Origin: Trichoplax adhaerens
Lineage: Eukaryota > Animalia > Placozoa
DNA: 64,000 nucleotides
Direction: 5' to 3'
Assembly: GCF_000150275.1 (NCBI RefSeq)
Contig: NW_002060960.1
Coordinates: 820,469 to 884,468 of the forward strand
Part shown: one piece after another, positions 38,346-52,177 of the stretch
Layout of the letters: each line of letters starts with the position of its first letter
Position numbering within the stretch: the stretch's first letter is position 1
Position numbers and translations under genes: made by a program
The notes under the pieces: model-generated
The model's database searches: none
What the model saw: only the letters and a program-made list of their open reading frames with translations
Told to the model about the DNA's origin: nothing

Positions 38346-40687
38346 TTCATAGGTTGAAAATTAAAGACATTCGATATTCTTCGTATTTCGATTCATAGAC
38401 CACCAATGGAGGATTGATTTCCACGCATGAAACTGGTCTAAAATTCTTAATTATATAAGTTACTCATTAAAACATATATAACAGAATACGTTAAATATTG
38501 AAGCCTACTCTCAATTTTGATAGTAATGTGTATAATCAGTAATGATGGAAAGAATATTACACGCGTAATTTGCACTATCTGAAAATGATCTGGTTTTGAA
38601 CTAACGTGATTTTAAAGAGCATCCGCCTTTTATATTAATCGCTGAATTCAACGATAAACTTATGCAATTAGCTTCCCAATCAAGAATGAAAAATATTTTA
38701 AAGTTCCTTCGATTAATATGATTTGACTGATCTTTCAATAAAACTGAGGGTACTAGCTTAGTCCTTTGGGAGATGTATATGGTTACTCTGACATCCGAGC
38801 CAAAGAAGATCTCAGTACATTGAGTCTTTGTATGGTTATTTATCGGAAAGACTATCTTAACGAAAGGCTTATATACAATACGGTAGTTTCTTATTTCTAG
38901 TAGCCTTTATATTACGAATCGGGTCCAGTTCACGAAAGCGTGCACGTATTTAATAATAAACATAAATTTACAATCATGATTTTCTGCAACTCTTTCAACC
39001 CTATGTATTGATTCAAAGAATTCTTAGAATCTCATCTAGTAAAGTCAAACTTCTCTTCAACTCAGTAAAATCCAAATTACGTCAGCTAGCGTATTTTCAT
39101 GTCTAAATTACTTCAGCTATGTCTACAATATTGCATGCTTCTCTTTTACCGTATTCTAAAGAAAAGCTTAAAAATTTTGTAACGAATGATAGATTATGCC
39201 GTACTAATCTAGATAATTACCATCAATTTAACATTTCGGGATCGTAACATATAAATTCCCTCATTACAAGTTTCGAATTTACAGTTAACAAGTTTATACA
39301 AGTAGTTAATACATTGATGACAAAATTTATGAAGGAAAATTCTAAAAATTTGCCATTATTGTATCAAATTGTGCGATTTATAACTACAAGGAAGTTCTAT
39401 CGTGATACTACAGTAATAAAACAAATCAACTAGTTGTATTCTACAGACTACACAATTTATGCTATTAACTATATCAAATTTACTACTTTTAATCGAATCC
39501 TTGTCGATTTATCTGGTGAGAAGTACACTTTATAGTTTCGAGCCATTGACTGACTAAATATACGGTACTGAAATTGAATGGCTTAGTCCACAAATCATAA
39601 AATAGAAATAAATATCATTCAAATTCCTGTATCGTAGTACAATAATCTACAATACTGATGAAACCAATGGTGATTGGATATTGCTATACATTTTATGTTA
39701 AAGGTTATGTATATCGTATATTACATCTATGCGTGCGAGTATATCCTTAATTATTTTAAAATCTGATATAATTTCTTCCTTAACTTTTGATGGCAAAAGA
39801 GTTAAATAATTTCAGTGATATAGTATTAAGTAAATTAAGCGTAGAATTCTGCTTCTATTTTCAGAGAGATAAGCATCACATGTGTGCCAAGATATACTAA
39901 TAATTATTAAACACGCTCTATGATTTATTAAATTGAATACAGATTAAAGATATGATCAATAATATATTTTTGTTTAAAATTTTGACCTTTACTTTTATGT
40001 TGCATAACCTTAATCATGATTGTGTTCTTTTTTAAGCCCGGCAATACGTTCGGTAACATTTTACATTTCACATCGATATGAGTTATTATTATTGTCTTGA
40101 ATTAAAATGTATGAGCTATTCTTCTGAAGGACCGGATATCGTCTAGGGTCCAACAATGATTGGTACCACCTCTTGTCAAGGTTAATGAATATTAAAATTT
40201 TCCCATGGAATAATGAATTAGCTTTAACAAGTCTATTATGAGATCTTGCTTATATCATGTTAGCATTGGCAAATAACTACTTCTACTAATCTAGTTACCG
40301 TAAGTACTGGTAGCTTAAGGTATTAAAGCTAAATATCAAATTATTTATGAGCATTTCGATTAGTTTTCTAAATCAACATCCAGCGAAAGATATCCTGTGC
40401 TATAACAAAGTAATACTGAACACTTTAACAAATTGTGCTTCAAACAGCTGCAAGGCAATATTAATGATATTACATCTTAGAATGTTCTCATATTTTCTCA
40501 GCTTTAAAATAAAGTTATAGCTTTTAGAAGCATAAAATTTAATGTGTCGGATTTCGAAGCTGATTTTAAGTTAGCTTACAAGTAACACATCGCTCATTTC
40601 ATTAATACATTTACTTCGATATTGTCTACATAAAGATAACATCATGGTTAAAATAGATGATAATTCAGCTTGTTATTGAAAGTAGCA

Positions 40688-41716
40688 TTAATTTTTAAAA
40701 CATGGGCAGTATGATATTGCACCTGATAAGTAACAAATCAAAGGTTTCCTAAATTTCTTAATACATATAATGTGTAGAATTGGGCTGTGAAGTCCAATAG
40801 CTAAAATCGCAATATATTGTATTGCAAGAGCAAATCCAACCAAGTAGGCATTAGACTTTAAACTGTAACCTATGACAGTAAAATTAAAGCCCGTAAACCA
40901 CAATAAGCAACATATAAATTGCACTATAATTAAATGTTTTAACATTTTATTTATATGTAGTAGGCGTTGATTCCATCGTCCATCCAGACCTAATGTTTTA
41001 AACTTAAGTTGCTTTAACGTAATTGCAGATATGTAAAACCGATAATTACGCCTTAATTTCTTAGCAATCTTAATATAGCAGATCAACATAATTAGAAATG
41101 GAATAACTATATTTAAGCTGGAAATAATCAATGTTATGTTTCGTGATGCTAATGAATTAGTGTAGAGCGCGCACATATTGTTAATAGAGCTGTCCTTGAG
41201 GACAATAAGAGATCTTGGCCAATATTGCAAAATTCCAATTAACCAGAAACCTGACAAAATTGTTATAGTTTTACGACGTGCTTGTCGACGATTTGAATCC
41301 GTAAAAGTATGATTTGATAACTTGCAATAATTTTGTAGAGAAATGAAAGCCAGGGTGCCATTAGCTGTAAACAAAGCCACTACTGATAAAGGTATAATAA
41401 AACCACACAGTATCCCTGTCATAATTTTAGAGTACTGCAACGTTAAATCTTGGGTTAAAAGTGCAAAGACGAGTGGAAGAGGGTAAAAAATACCCACAAA
41501 AATATTAGCTATCGCTAAGTTTATTAAGCTATAGTATGAGGAAGATCTTAAATGTTTATTTTTGTAAATAATAAGCAATATATATAAGTTGGCTGGTAGA
41601 CTAAAAAAAGTTAAAGAGTATGCAATGATGATAGAACACCAGATTGTTATCAACGGTAATTTAAAAGTATCACTATAGTAATTACTGGCAAGATTTTCGA
41701 TGCTGCCATCATCCAT
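40688..41716 (-). CDS. Intronless rhodopsin-class GPCR (member 5)
   Basis: 342-aa ATG ORF; NLAIAN, CGFIIP, QNY, QYWPR, SPILH, KKFRKP. Confidence 0.93.
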   Translation of the reverse strand: MDDGSIENLASNYYSDTFKLPLITIWCSIIIAYSLTFFSLPANLYILLIIYKNKHLRSSSYYSLINLAIANIFVGIFYPLPLVFALLTQDLTLQYSKIMTGILCGFIIPLSVVALFTANGTLAFISLQNYCKLSNHTFTDSNRRQARRKTITILSGFWLIGILQYWPRSLIVLKDSSINNMCALYTNSLASRNITLIISSLNIVIPFLIMLICYIKIAKKLRRNYRFYISAITLKQLKFKTLGLDGRWNQRLLHINKMLKHLIIVQFICCLLWFTGFNFTVIGYSLKSNAYLVGFALAIQYIAILAIGLHSPILHIICIKKFRKPLICYLSGAISYCPCFKN

Positions 41717-44700
41717 ACTATCGATATATCGTTCAATTTCTTTAAAATTAATCAGGGTACGATTGGAGCAATTATTGATGAATCATCTGAAAAAAAGCTT
41801 TGATATTGCTTAATTTCTTAAAAACCAAATCAACATTTAAAGTATAGTGCTGTGTATCTAACCAATAAATAAAGTATCATGGCAACTAATCTTCTTAATG
41901 ATTTAGTAAATAAAATATAAATTAATAAATACCATATTTCTATAGCCTTGTGTAAACAAGAAGCTAACCAGTTTAGTCCATAATAAGACGGTTCAATTTA
42001 GTCATGGTGTATGGTAAGTTAAATTACTCAATACGAAAATCTAAGGACAGAAATTATCGTGTGCTTTGCTTATTTTTTAATTGAAATCAAATTCTTGTTT
42101 ACACTATATACAGTATTCTTTATTTAAAAATTGGTTGGCAGAATTTACTAAATAACAGTAGTTTGCCTGATTAGCTGTAAATGCAAGACAACAATGTCTC
42201 AGAAAATAAAAGTATCAGAATAAGATCATTCTTTGCTAAACTATACAAGTTGGCTTTGTTTTCGAGATAGCCTTTTTCGTATACTACAGATGTGGTCACG
42301 AATTAATATTCCAATGTCTAGTTGTTGCAATATAGCCTCGAGTTTCCTCTAATACAGCGTAAATATCAAAATCATTTTTGATCAAGCCGTTACTAATATG
42401 AGCACACTAAAGAGAAATTGAGGCATTAATACATCGTACAAACTTCAAGTAAAATGGCCAATCGATTATTTATCACTGAAAGGCATTCCTAGTTAAAATC
42501 AATAGGCTCTAATCTAGGCAATTACATATATTAACTAAGTAAATGTAGAGAAATTTGTAAATTTGAAAAGCCCTTTATATCTAAACTGATTCCGCGTTAC
42601 AGTAATTAAGCAAATTAATCAACTCATTTATGATAAATATTACTATCAAGTTCTTTGGTTGCTAGGGTAAGAAATACAAAGAAAATTGAGATACTTCCTT
42701 ATATAAATTTTTTGCTATTCATTATAGATAAAGCCATCGATACTATAGAGGTTTTGATATAGCTAATCATTATGATCGAACACCTTTACACAGCGAAGTA
42801 AAGTTAGTCAGATTTTTCCGTCACTATCCTATCGTTAAATTATTAAGTCAATAAGATGACTATTAGGAGTATTTATCAGTTATTAGATCGAGTACGATAG
42901 AACTAGTGTCTAACTCAGTTAAATATTTTCTTACCACTAATAGTACATACTACATTGAGAAGTAGAAGTTATGGATATAAATTAGTTTTACGATTTTTAT
43001 GGTAAACAAGAGAATTACTTTTTACTGATACTCTTTAGTAGAATAATTAACTGCTGTATTTAATAATTTGTAAATTTTGAAATTGTTTAAAGCAATAAAC
43101 AACCCTTGGCGTATAATCGACTATAAAAAATATTCTTATTTTCGAAATTATTCCGTCCTATATTGTTTGTACTGGAAGTAATTTTTGCTGTAATAGATGA
43201 ATTTAACAGCTGTGTTAGTGAATAACAAAAACATTAAATTTTTCAGACAGTAAACTTTTAACATAGCGTCTAGCCTGTTTGCACCGTATGGCTGTCTTAA
43301 AATAAATCTGTAACGATTTATTATTAGAAAATTGATAATGCTATACTTTAGTTTATGTTAGTTAAGATTTATTAACAGTAACGTTTTTAATTTTAAGCCT
43401 TGATGATTGATTAAATCCTACATATCCCAAATAGTAAATGCATGCTCTCAAGCTGTCTTAAATGAACGATTGTAGATACTGTATCTTGCATTTGTGCTTG
43501 GGTTTTGCAACTCTTAAATCGGTACTTTATACAGTAAATGCTCAAATAAAAATTAATAATATCGTCCTACTGTGCACTGCCAGGTTTTTCTACAGTCAGT
43601 TAGTAAAGCAAGGTTTGAATTGAATTACATTGTAATCAAATACGTGTACAGTATAGTCTGTTCAATTATTTAAGGCAGCTCAATATCTTATAATTTGGTT
43701 TATTTAAGATTAATTTTAAATATGTAACATTAGCAAGGCTACGTGAAGTACGAAAAGGTTATTTATCTAGGCATGTTACCTTAGAGTTCATTTTTTCAAT
43801 TTCTACTGTGTACTAATTGCTGATGAATTTCTTTGCAATATAATTAATGGAAACTACTGAACTTAGATAATAACTAATTATGCTACAATTCTAAGCGTAT
43901 TAATATAATTAAAGCATTTTCATTGTAATTGGCCATAAATCACAAAAATTTAGATTTAAACGTATGGCTCTGTATATTTCTTACTAGATTGGTATTGCTC
44001 GTTGCAGCCAAAATTAAAAATTAAGATTACCCTTTTTTGATTAAAATTGCTTGTACCACAATGACAAATATGTTAGCTTGACATACACGTAGATGCATTT
44101 CTATATATTACAAGTTATTAAATTTAGCCAATAACTATTACTTTCCGTATCATAAAACAATAACGATCTAGCTTGGTACTCCTGCTAAAAACTACGCTGG
44201 TTTAGTTTAGATTTGGATCTCTTTTAACGACAAAGCGGAAGCTTTGTAAATTTATTAATATTATCATCCTTGGTACCGAACCTGATGCCAAAAATAAAAG
44301 TAGAGATCGAATATTGATTATTTCAATTCCATTATACGCAATTCAATAAATAGAAATATTAGAATGTACGATGCTATTATACAATAAGATTAACGGTCAA
44401 TTTTGACCCAAGCCCGTTACTATTGGTTAATTTATATTTGTCCTTATCAGGAATCTGTTAGTAGTGTTCGAAACTTAGATGTAAAACTTGTTCCTTCTAC
44501 AATAAATAGCCATCAATTTCTTAAATATTTATCCTAATAGTTATTATATTATACTTTACCGTAATCATATTGCAGCTTCCTTGAAATCTTCGAACGAGTT
44601 ATTATCTTCCTTCTAGGAATCAATTCTTTTGCTCTAGTAAAATGGTATACAGTCGTATACTATTTGTAATATACCGTACATGTTTATGTAGGTTAATTAG

Positions 44701-44899
44701 CTTTTATGAAAAGTTAATCGCAATGTATTTAACTTGACGGTTATAAAAATTTTAGGAAATTTGTGTCCGTACTCACTAAAGTATGCAAGTATTACAAAAA
44801 AATTAAAAACTCATTTCTATCCAAGTGATGTGAAATAAAAAAGTGTAGAAACTACGTATTTGAAATATTATGCATTAAAAAACTGTACTGCTTTAAAAG

Positions 44900-45934
44900 T
44901 TATATTAAAGCCGAATCGATTTTCTTGAACCTTATCCATTTAGGCCAACATTGAATAGATAGTAAATGAGATTCTAATGGCTGTCGGAATTTTCTTAAAC
45001 ACAGTATGTATAATATTGGTCCATGAAGTCCAGTTGCTACTAATGCTATATATGAAATTGCATATGCAAAGCCCACGACATAAGAATTTAACTTTGTAGC
45101 ATAGCCTATGACAAAAGTAAGCATGCTGATTACCCCTGTAGTGCAGCATATAAACTGAATCTGTGCTACTCGTCGTAACATTTTAATTGCGTTATTAAGA
45201 CGTTGTGTTTGGCGCCCACCTTGATTGAAAGATCGAAATTTAAGTTGCCGTAGAATAGCTGCCGAAATGAAAAATCGATGACGTTGTTTCAATGTCTTTG
45301 CAATTTTAACATGGCAAATTAACATAATTATAAATGGATAAGTGTGAATGAAAGTAGCGGCTACCAGCATAATATTTCTCATTAAATCATCCTGAGTAAA
45401 TAATGTACAAATATTAGGTATGGAACTTCTATCTAATACAATAATCGAACGAGGCCAATGTTGGAGAATACCAATTATCCATAAACCAATTAAAATGGTC
45501 AATACTTTACGACGATGTAATTGTCGACGAGGATATGCATGTCGAACTATAGTATAATACTTTTCTATAGCGATAAATGCCAATGAACCATTAGCGGCCT
45601 GCAAAGCCACTACGGAAGAAGGTAGAATAAAGCAACATAAAACTAATTTTATAGCTTCGGAATGCTGCAACGGTGAATTATAGGTAATAAGGACAAAAAG
45701 TGGAGTTATTGGAAACGTAAAGGCGACAACAAGATTAGCAATTGATAGATTCGCTAGTCCATAAAATGACGCCGATCTTAAATCTTTATTAATAAAGATG
45801 ACATATAAGATATAGCTATTCGCTAGTATGCTAATGATACTGAGTATTCCAGCAATGACCATACAAATTTGGATCGTTATTATCGGCAAGGGCGTAATTT
45901 CATCACTGGAAGTATTAGCTTGAGTTGAATTCAT
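44900..45934 (-). CDS. Intronless rhodopsin-class GPCR (member 6)
   Basis: 344-aa ATG ORF; NLSIAN, EKY, QHWPR, GPILY, RKFRQP. Confidence 0.93.
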   Translation of the reverse strand: MNSTQANTSSDEITPLPIITIQICMVIAGILSIISILANSYILYVIFINKDLRSASFYGLANLSIANLVVAFTFPITPLFVLITYNSPLQHSEAIKLVLCCFILPSSVVALQAANGSLAFIAIEKYYTIVRHAYPRRQLHRRKVLTILIGLWIIGILQHWPRSIIVLDRSSIPNICTLFTQDDLMRNIMLVAATFIHTYPFIIMLICHVKIAKTLKQRHRFFISAAILRQLKFRSFNQGGRQTQRLNNAIKMLRRVAQIQFICCTTGVISMLTFVIGYATKLNSYVVGFAYAISYIALVATGLHGPILYILCLRKFRQPLESHLLSIQCWPKWIRFKKIDSALI

Positions 45935-48192
45935 AATTTTTTAATTATCTTATACTTGGATTTCAGATTTAAAGAAATGATAAACACCAACCAGTAACTG
46001 AATATTTCAATTTAAATATTTAAAAAATTCAAAAATTATTTGCTAGGGGAAATATTACGTTCTTAAGATTAGATAAAATCCATTTTAGTAGCTGATTATT
46101 ATTTTAATTATCAAATAATAAATATTATCTTACCTTATAGTTCATCTAAGAATTCCTTGATGATAGAATGCAGCGGAATTAAAACCGATTCGATCGTATG
46201 CGATATTGATACTATATGATAACTTGAAATAAACAATATGTATTCTAGATATAAGTAACTTTCTCATTGACATACGCCTATAGTAGTAATCGTTTGCAAT
46301 TTTTGATATCGTAAGATAAGTCGAATTTTCTTTATAACTCTAAAGGCGGTGAGAGAGGTTCTGCTATATTAAAATATATACTGTAGCTTCTCTGGACAAT
46401 AGGTCTGCAAATTTAGTACGACCATTATTAAACAAACTGCGTACATCCTGACTAGAAAATCAAAGCTGTGCTTTTCTAAAAAATTCGTATCACGTAAAAA
46501 TATTCATCTTATTAAAAACAATGCCTTCCAATAGTAATTTTGAAATTAACTATTTCATACCAACTAATTGTCTATGCATTCAGAGCAATTAATTCGACTT
46601 ATAAATAATAGACTGTCAACGCTCTAGATGTCATTGAATATCCTGAAAAACAAGATTTTATCTTTAAGAATAAAATACTTACTTGAATTCGAACGAATAA
46701 ACAATAGTTTATATCTCGGTTTTACTGCTAGACATCGTAGGGCTTTGCCATACTAGAACGTTATAAAGAGATCGTACCAAAAATTTCCCTTTTAGTTTTC
46801 CTATCAAATTTGATTTAGTTCTTATACCGTTATCAATGATTTGGGCTTCATTACACTTAAAGAGCTATACGCTTTAGTAGGTTGGAAGGGTGAAAATTTT
46901 TATGCTAAATATAGTTATTAAATGAGCTAAGACTAACATTATGGAATTAAATAGTGCGTACTTGTAACTAAGATTACAAGATTGAGTGCAAGTGTGTCTA
47001 CATTGTCATTGTGGATAAATACAGGCAGGTTCTTATGCGTAAATTTAAGAATTACAAGAAATTAAAGTATTTATCATTTCATCAGATTATTTTTAGAAAG
47101 CCTATAAAGTCAAAAATTCAAAAATATATGGTTCTAATTATTTGTGACATCAAAAGCCACTCGTAAGCTATAGCAATAACTTTTGTGACGCAATAAAATC
47201 ATCATATCCTGATCGGTATCGTAGAAAGTCTATTTTTTAATGTGTGAAATATACATAGGTATTGTGTGGAGAGCTTTATGGAATTTCTTCATAAATCAAT
47301 ATTCAGTTGCACTTTATACCCATTCAAAGGTGGCATTAAGCAATTCCAATACTTTACATGAATTATTTTCTGAATCGATATACAATAATAGTTCATCGAA
47401 GCTGCTTTGATTTCCTGATAAATGCAGTAAATTTATTAATATCAATTGTACGATTTTAATAAGGCTACATTCACTCAAAATTAATTGAAAGTTTGGTGTC
47501 TTACATTTCATGTTGATAGTTACTGTAAATCTGTCTTTTTAAATTAAATCTATTTTTATGTTTGCCATATCAGTAATGGTATTACATACTTTATACTTGC
47601 AATATTCTTCAATTTAACTCATTAATATAAACTTGACAATTTCGTATAGGTAAAATGTGTTAGTAAATTTATTAACACTAATAAATATTATTTTTCAACG
47701 TAAAGAAACCTTATTTTTATTTCAATTATCAGTTAAGTAGAACATATTTTAATTAAGTAAGAGAGACATTCAATACGAAGTGATCTACCAGTCGTAGGTC
47801 TTTCGGACAATAGCGGAGCCTTTTAAAGTCGAATATCGATTCGAACTTAGTCACAAATTGTACGTTCATCTGTTGAAGACTTCATAAAAATGACTAATTT
47901 ATGAAATCGTATACCCGTCAGTCTTATTTTTAATGCCCACTCGAAGTACCAACTTCGTCGCTGTCAATCGAAAGAAACTAGTTTTGGATGGTTAGCTATT
48001 TATGGGATCATGTCGCTAGCAACGTGGGCGAGAACAAATGAGAACAAATTTACGGGAGGATTTTATTTTTTGCTTAGTATTTATTTATGATAGTAATAAG
48101 AATGTTCAATGCAAAATACAACATTGAAAATTTTACGGTACTCCGCTATTTAAATCCTATTCTTTGGTTCTATTTATTCCTAGAGTACAAAA

Positions 48193-48791
48193 TGTCATGA
48201 GTCTTATCATTAATCGCCATATGACATAAACTAATACATACTTTATGTGTAGTTAAAACGTACTTCAATAAATCTGCTGCCTTTACTATATTCTGACCTT
48301 GTGCACTTATATACAATATTGTTACTACTGTCTAAGTGGCATAAACTATCTAGAACTACCCTCCTAGGTAGACTCAAAGAACAGTCTCAAAAAGTACAAC
48401 TTACTTTAGGTTACCACTTTATTTTGTAGTTCTTACTAGTAATCTATAACAAAAAGGAAAATCAATAACAACCTATAATAACAAGCTTTTACATTTAGAC
48501 TTAAAATAAGATAGTATAAAGCAAGCGAACAACAGACATCCAATCAAAGAAGGTTAAAGCAGCTAGAGCATTACAAACATGACAGATTGTAACTTAGTCA
48601 AACCGTATTATTAACTTAAATACTATAAGAAATTATTACAAGTTAAAAATATAGCTTTTAGCATAAGCTAGGCAAGAATTTCTGCCTGAACACGTATCTT
48701 ATCTACTGTCATTTAATATTACTGACAAGATTCCTATTACACCCATTTAATGACTCAATTGATATACATGTCTTAAATTACAGACATGACA
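48193..48791. mobile_element. Probable decayed solo LTR (599 bp)
   Basis: 7-bp terminal inverted repeat TGTCATG...CATGACA, size like neighbouring LTRs; flanks CAAAA/CAATC match only 3/5. Confidence 0.45.
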
Positions 48792-49911
48792 CAATCTTAA
48801 TAGCGGAAACGTAGTTCCGTAACAAATAGCTATTGGTAATATTTTGCAACACTAACAACAAAACCAGAATAAACTGGAATAGGTCTCAGGCATTTCTTGA
48901 GCCGCACTTTTAGGCTAAATTCTACTTCAAACGAATGATTAATCTTAAATTCTTTAGTGCATACAAATATGAACTTAAAGATGCCTAACTTTGGCAATAT
49001 TAACTTGGATATCGTTCAAGTACATCTGTATAACCTAGTATTCCTTCTCTTTTTTTTTATATCATTTACGCTAAACATAAGTTATAGTTCAGACTGCTCG
49101 GCGATTTTCCTATTACAGACTAGGCTAGAAACAAGAATGACCCTTATCCAAAGTTATTACCACGAGCATTTTTTCTGACTAAATAATTAAAATTAAAATT
49201 TTATTGAAATTTCAACTAGTTTCTAGTTCAGCTATGATATTAGACACGATTTTCACCATTCGATAGCTTACGGTACTTTCCATCTAAAAGCAATAATAAC
49301 CGTGCCTCATTACAATTTTATACCTTATACAACTTATGACAGCTAGTCAGACAGAGAATTAAAAAATCGTATTCGTAATGCATAAAAGCTCGGCAGGTCA
49401 AATTTAATAATTAGTAGAAAGAATTATTTATTATTTGACTTCTACACTACAGTACATACATACATCCATCTTTAAGTAAAATTAAGGTATATTATTAATA
49501 GAATGAACTCAATTAATTACAGTATTAAAAATAGGCCAGGATATATTGAAGCATACTATGATATTATAATACATTAATAGTAACAAAAACCGAATGTAGC
49601 AATTTACCTTTTAAAATTTATAATAGAGAATGAATGATAGTTTATAATTGATTTCTGTGCGACAGTCTTTACCTTATTAGCAAAGGTGCTAATGAATTAC
49701 TTAAACTGAAATGAAACATTACCGCTATTTTTTAACGAAGACCTGGTTTGAATGATAGCCCGTAAATCATTTGATAATTTCATTAAAAGTTTAAAAATTC
49801 CGGTAAAGAATTCTTTTTCGGCAGCAAAATACGAAGCAATATTGAATTTTAATTCAGCCTAAGCTATTGTAGATTAAGGCTGTATCGCCTCATTTTCTTC
49901 AATTTTTACGA

Positions 49912-50901
49912 TTAAATGGAACTGCTCGCTGAAATGCAAATTTGTAATGGCCGTCTAAATTTTTTTAACCAGATAATATGCAGAAGTGGAGCGTGAAGCC
50001 CACTCGCTATAATACATAAGTAGTGCAATATAAATGCAAATCCTACAAGATAGGGATTCAATTTTGCAGCATAACCAGAAACGGTAACATGGAAGCCCAA
50101 CAGCCACAACATGCAGCAAGCAAATTGAACTAAGGCTATATAGCGTAACATTTTAATTGATTTTTTAAAACGTAGCCCAGAGTTTTCGGTAGAATGGAAC
50201 GAAGGAACATCCAGTTGCCTAAATATAATTCTCGAAGTAAAGAAACGTTCATGTTTCTTCAATTCCCACGTAATTCTAGCATTACAGATTAGTGTAATAA
50301 CTAATGGTGTAACGTTAATAAATGTGCCTGAAATTAACAACGAGTTTCGAATAAAATCCAAACTAGAATAAAGTCTGCAAAATGCATGAATTGAACTTTC
50401 TTCTATGGAAATTAAAGACCGAGGCCATTGTATAAGTGATACAATCCATAAAGCCATTAAAATTGTGAATACTTTCTGGCGCTGCATTCGGCGGCGTGAA
50501 CGAGAACGATAGGTTATAGTATAACACTTTTCTATGGCAATAAACGTTAATGTACCATTAATTACTAAAAACGCAGACATAGGTAATGGCAGAATAAAGC
50601 CGCACAAGATTAGTTTCAGAGTCGGAGAATTTCGAAGTGGTGAATTATATGTGATCAGGACTAAGATTGGAATCAGAGGATATAAAACAGCAACGACCAA
50701 GTTAGCAAAAGATAGATTCATTAATCCATAAAATGAAGCTGATCTCATTTCTTTATCTTTATAAATTATATATATGATGTAAGTATTGACAATAATACTG
50801 ATCGCGGTAATTATTCCGCCAAGAATAACGGTAATTATGATAGTTAATAAAGGTAGAAGTAGATTATCTACATGCGTTGCGTTAGTATCATTTAGGGTCA
50901 T
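49912..50901 (-). CDS. Intronless rhodopsin-class GPCR (member 7)
   Basis: 329-aa ATG ORF; NLSFAN, CGFILP, EKC, QWPR, APLLH, KKFRRP. Confidence 0.93.
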   Translation of the reverse strand: MTLNDTNATHVDNLLLPLLTIIITVILGGIITAISIIVNTYIIYIIYKDKEMRSASFYGLMNLSFANLVVAVLYPLIPILVLITYNSPLRNSPTLKLILCGFILPLPMSAFLVINGTLTFIAIEKCYTITYRSRSRRRMQRQKVFTILMALWIVSLIQWPRSLISIEESSIHAFCRLYSSLDFIRNSLLISGTFINVTPLVITLICNARITWELKKHERFFTSRIIFRQLDVPSFHSTENSGLRFKKSIKMLRYIALVQFACCMLWLLGFHVTVSGYAAKLNPYLVGFAFILHYLCIIASGLHAPLLHIIWLKKFRRPLQICISASSSI

Positions 50902-52177
50902 ACTTTCAGGATTATTATCACAAAATTTACTGGTAAAATGATAAAGAGATCTCAGTATCGCTTAGGAATGACCTAGTAAAGATCGCTTACTTTTTAAATT
51001 ACTTTAATTTTCTTTACATTTTATGAAATATAACTGAATTCTTAAACGATTGTCATTAGAAACTTGAATCCTTTCATATCACGAACAAAACTCAAACAGC
51101 TAGTTTATCAAATATGAATTGAAAAAAATTTATAAGACAGGGATTATTGTTTATAATATTAAGCAGCGGATAATAAGTTTTTTGCATTTTAATAAATGGA
51201 CTGTAATATAGGTTAATTTAATAGTCAAGAGTTTCTATGGCATTTCATGATATAAATAACCAGTACCATTCAGTAATATTAAGTGTCATTACTGTCTGAT
51301 AAATGTCAAGATCGAAGCTTGATCTTTGTTTATAGCAACCGGATTATGTACATTTGTCTAACTCTTCTAAAGAAGCCAGTACATCGATTACTGTGGTTTA
51401 ATTTGGCTTACTTTTACTTGTAAGGTATTATACGATTATGCAGACTAAAACGGGTTCAGTATACATTTACAGGTAGAAGCAAATACCGTTAACTCTTGGT
51501 AAAAAACTGATTTTCAGGCTATTTGTTGCCTATTAATCATTTAACTGTACACTTTACTATCAAATTATACTCTCACTTTCATTTTCTATCTAGTAGCTTT
51601 GTACTAGTATTATTTCTGTTATTTTTTCATGCTAGATTTATAAAATAATACTATCCTTGTAACATGACGCTGCTTTCTAGCTCGATATTGATATATTATT
51701 CAATAACACACTCTTTGGCTATCATTAACGTGAATATGAATCGAAAACAATTTATAAGACAGGAATTATTAATTTTAATATTAAGTAGCGGATAATAGTC
51801 TTTGCATTCTAATAAATGGAATGTAATATAGGATAATTTAATAGTCAAAGAGTTTCTATGGCATGTCATGATAAAAATAACCAGCACCGGTCAGTAACGT
51901 TAAATGTCATCACTCAGGCTAATAAATGTCGAGATCGATGCTCAATCTTGACATATAGTAACCGGATTATGTACATTTGTCTAGCTCTTCTATAGAAGCC
52001 AGTACTTCGATTACAGTGATTTAATTTGGCTTACTTTTAGTTCTAAGGTAATTATACGACTATACAATCTAAAACAGGCTCAGTATATTGTACAGGTAGA
52101 GGTAGAAGTAAATACCGTTAATTCTTGGTAAAAAAACTGATTTTCAGACCATTTATCGCCTATTAATAATTTAACTT

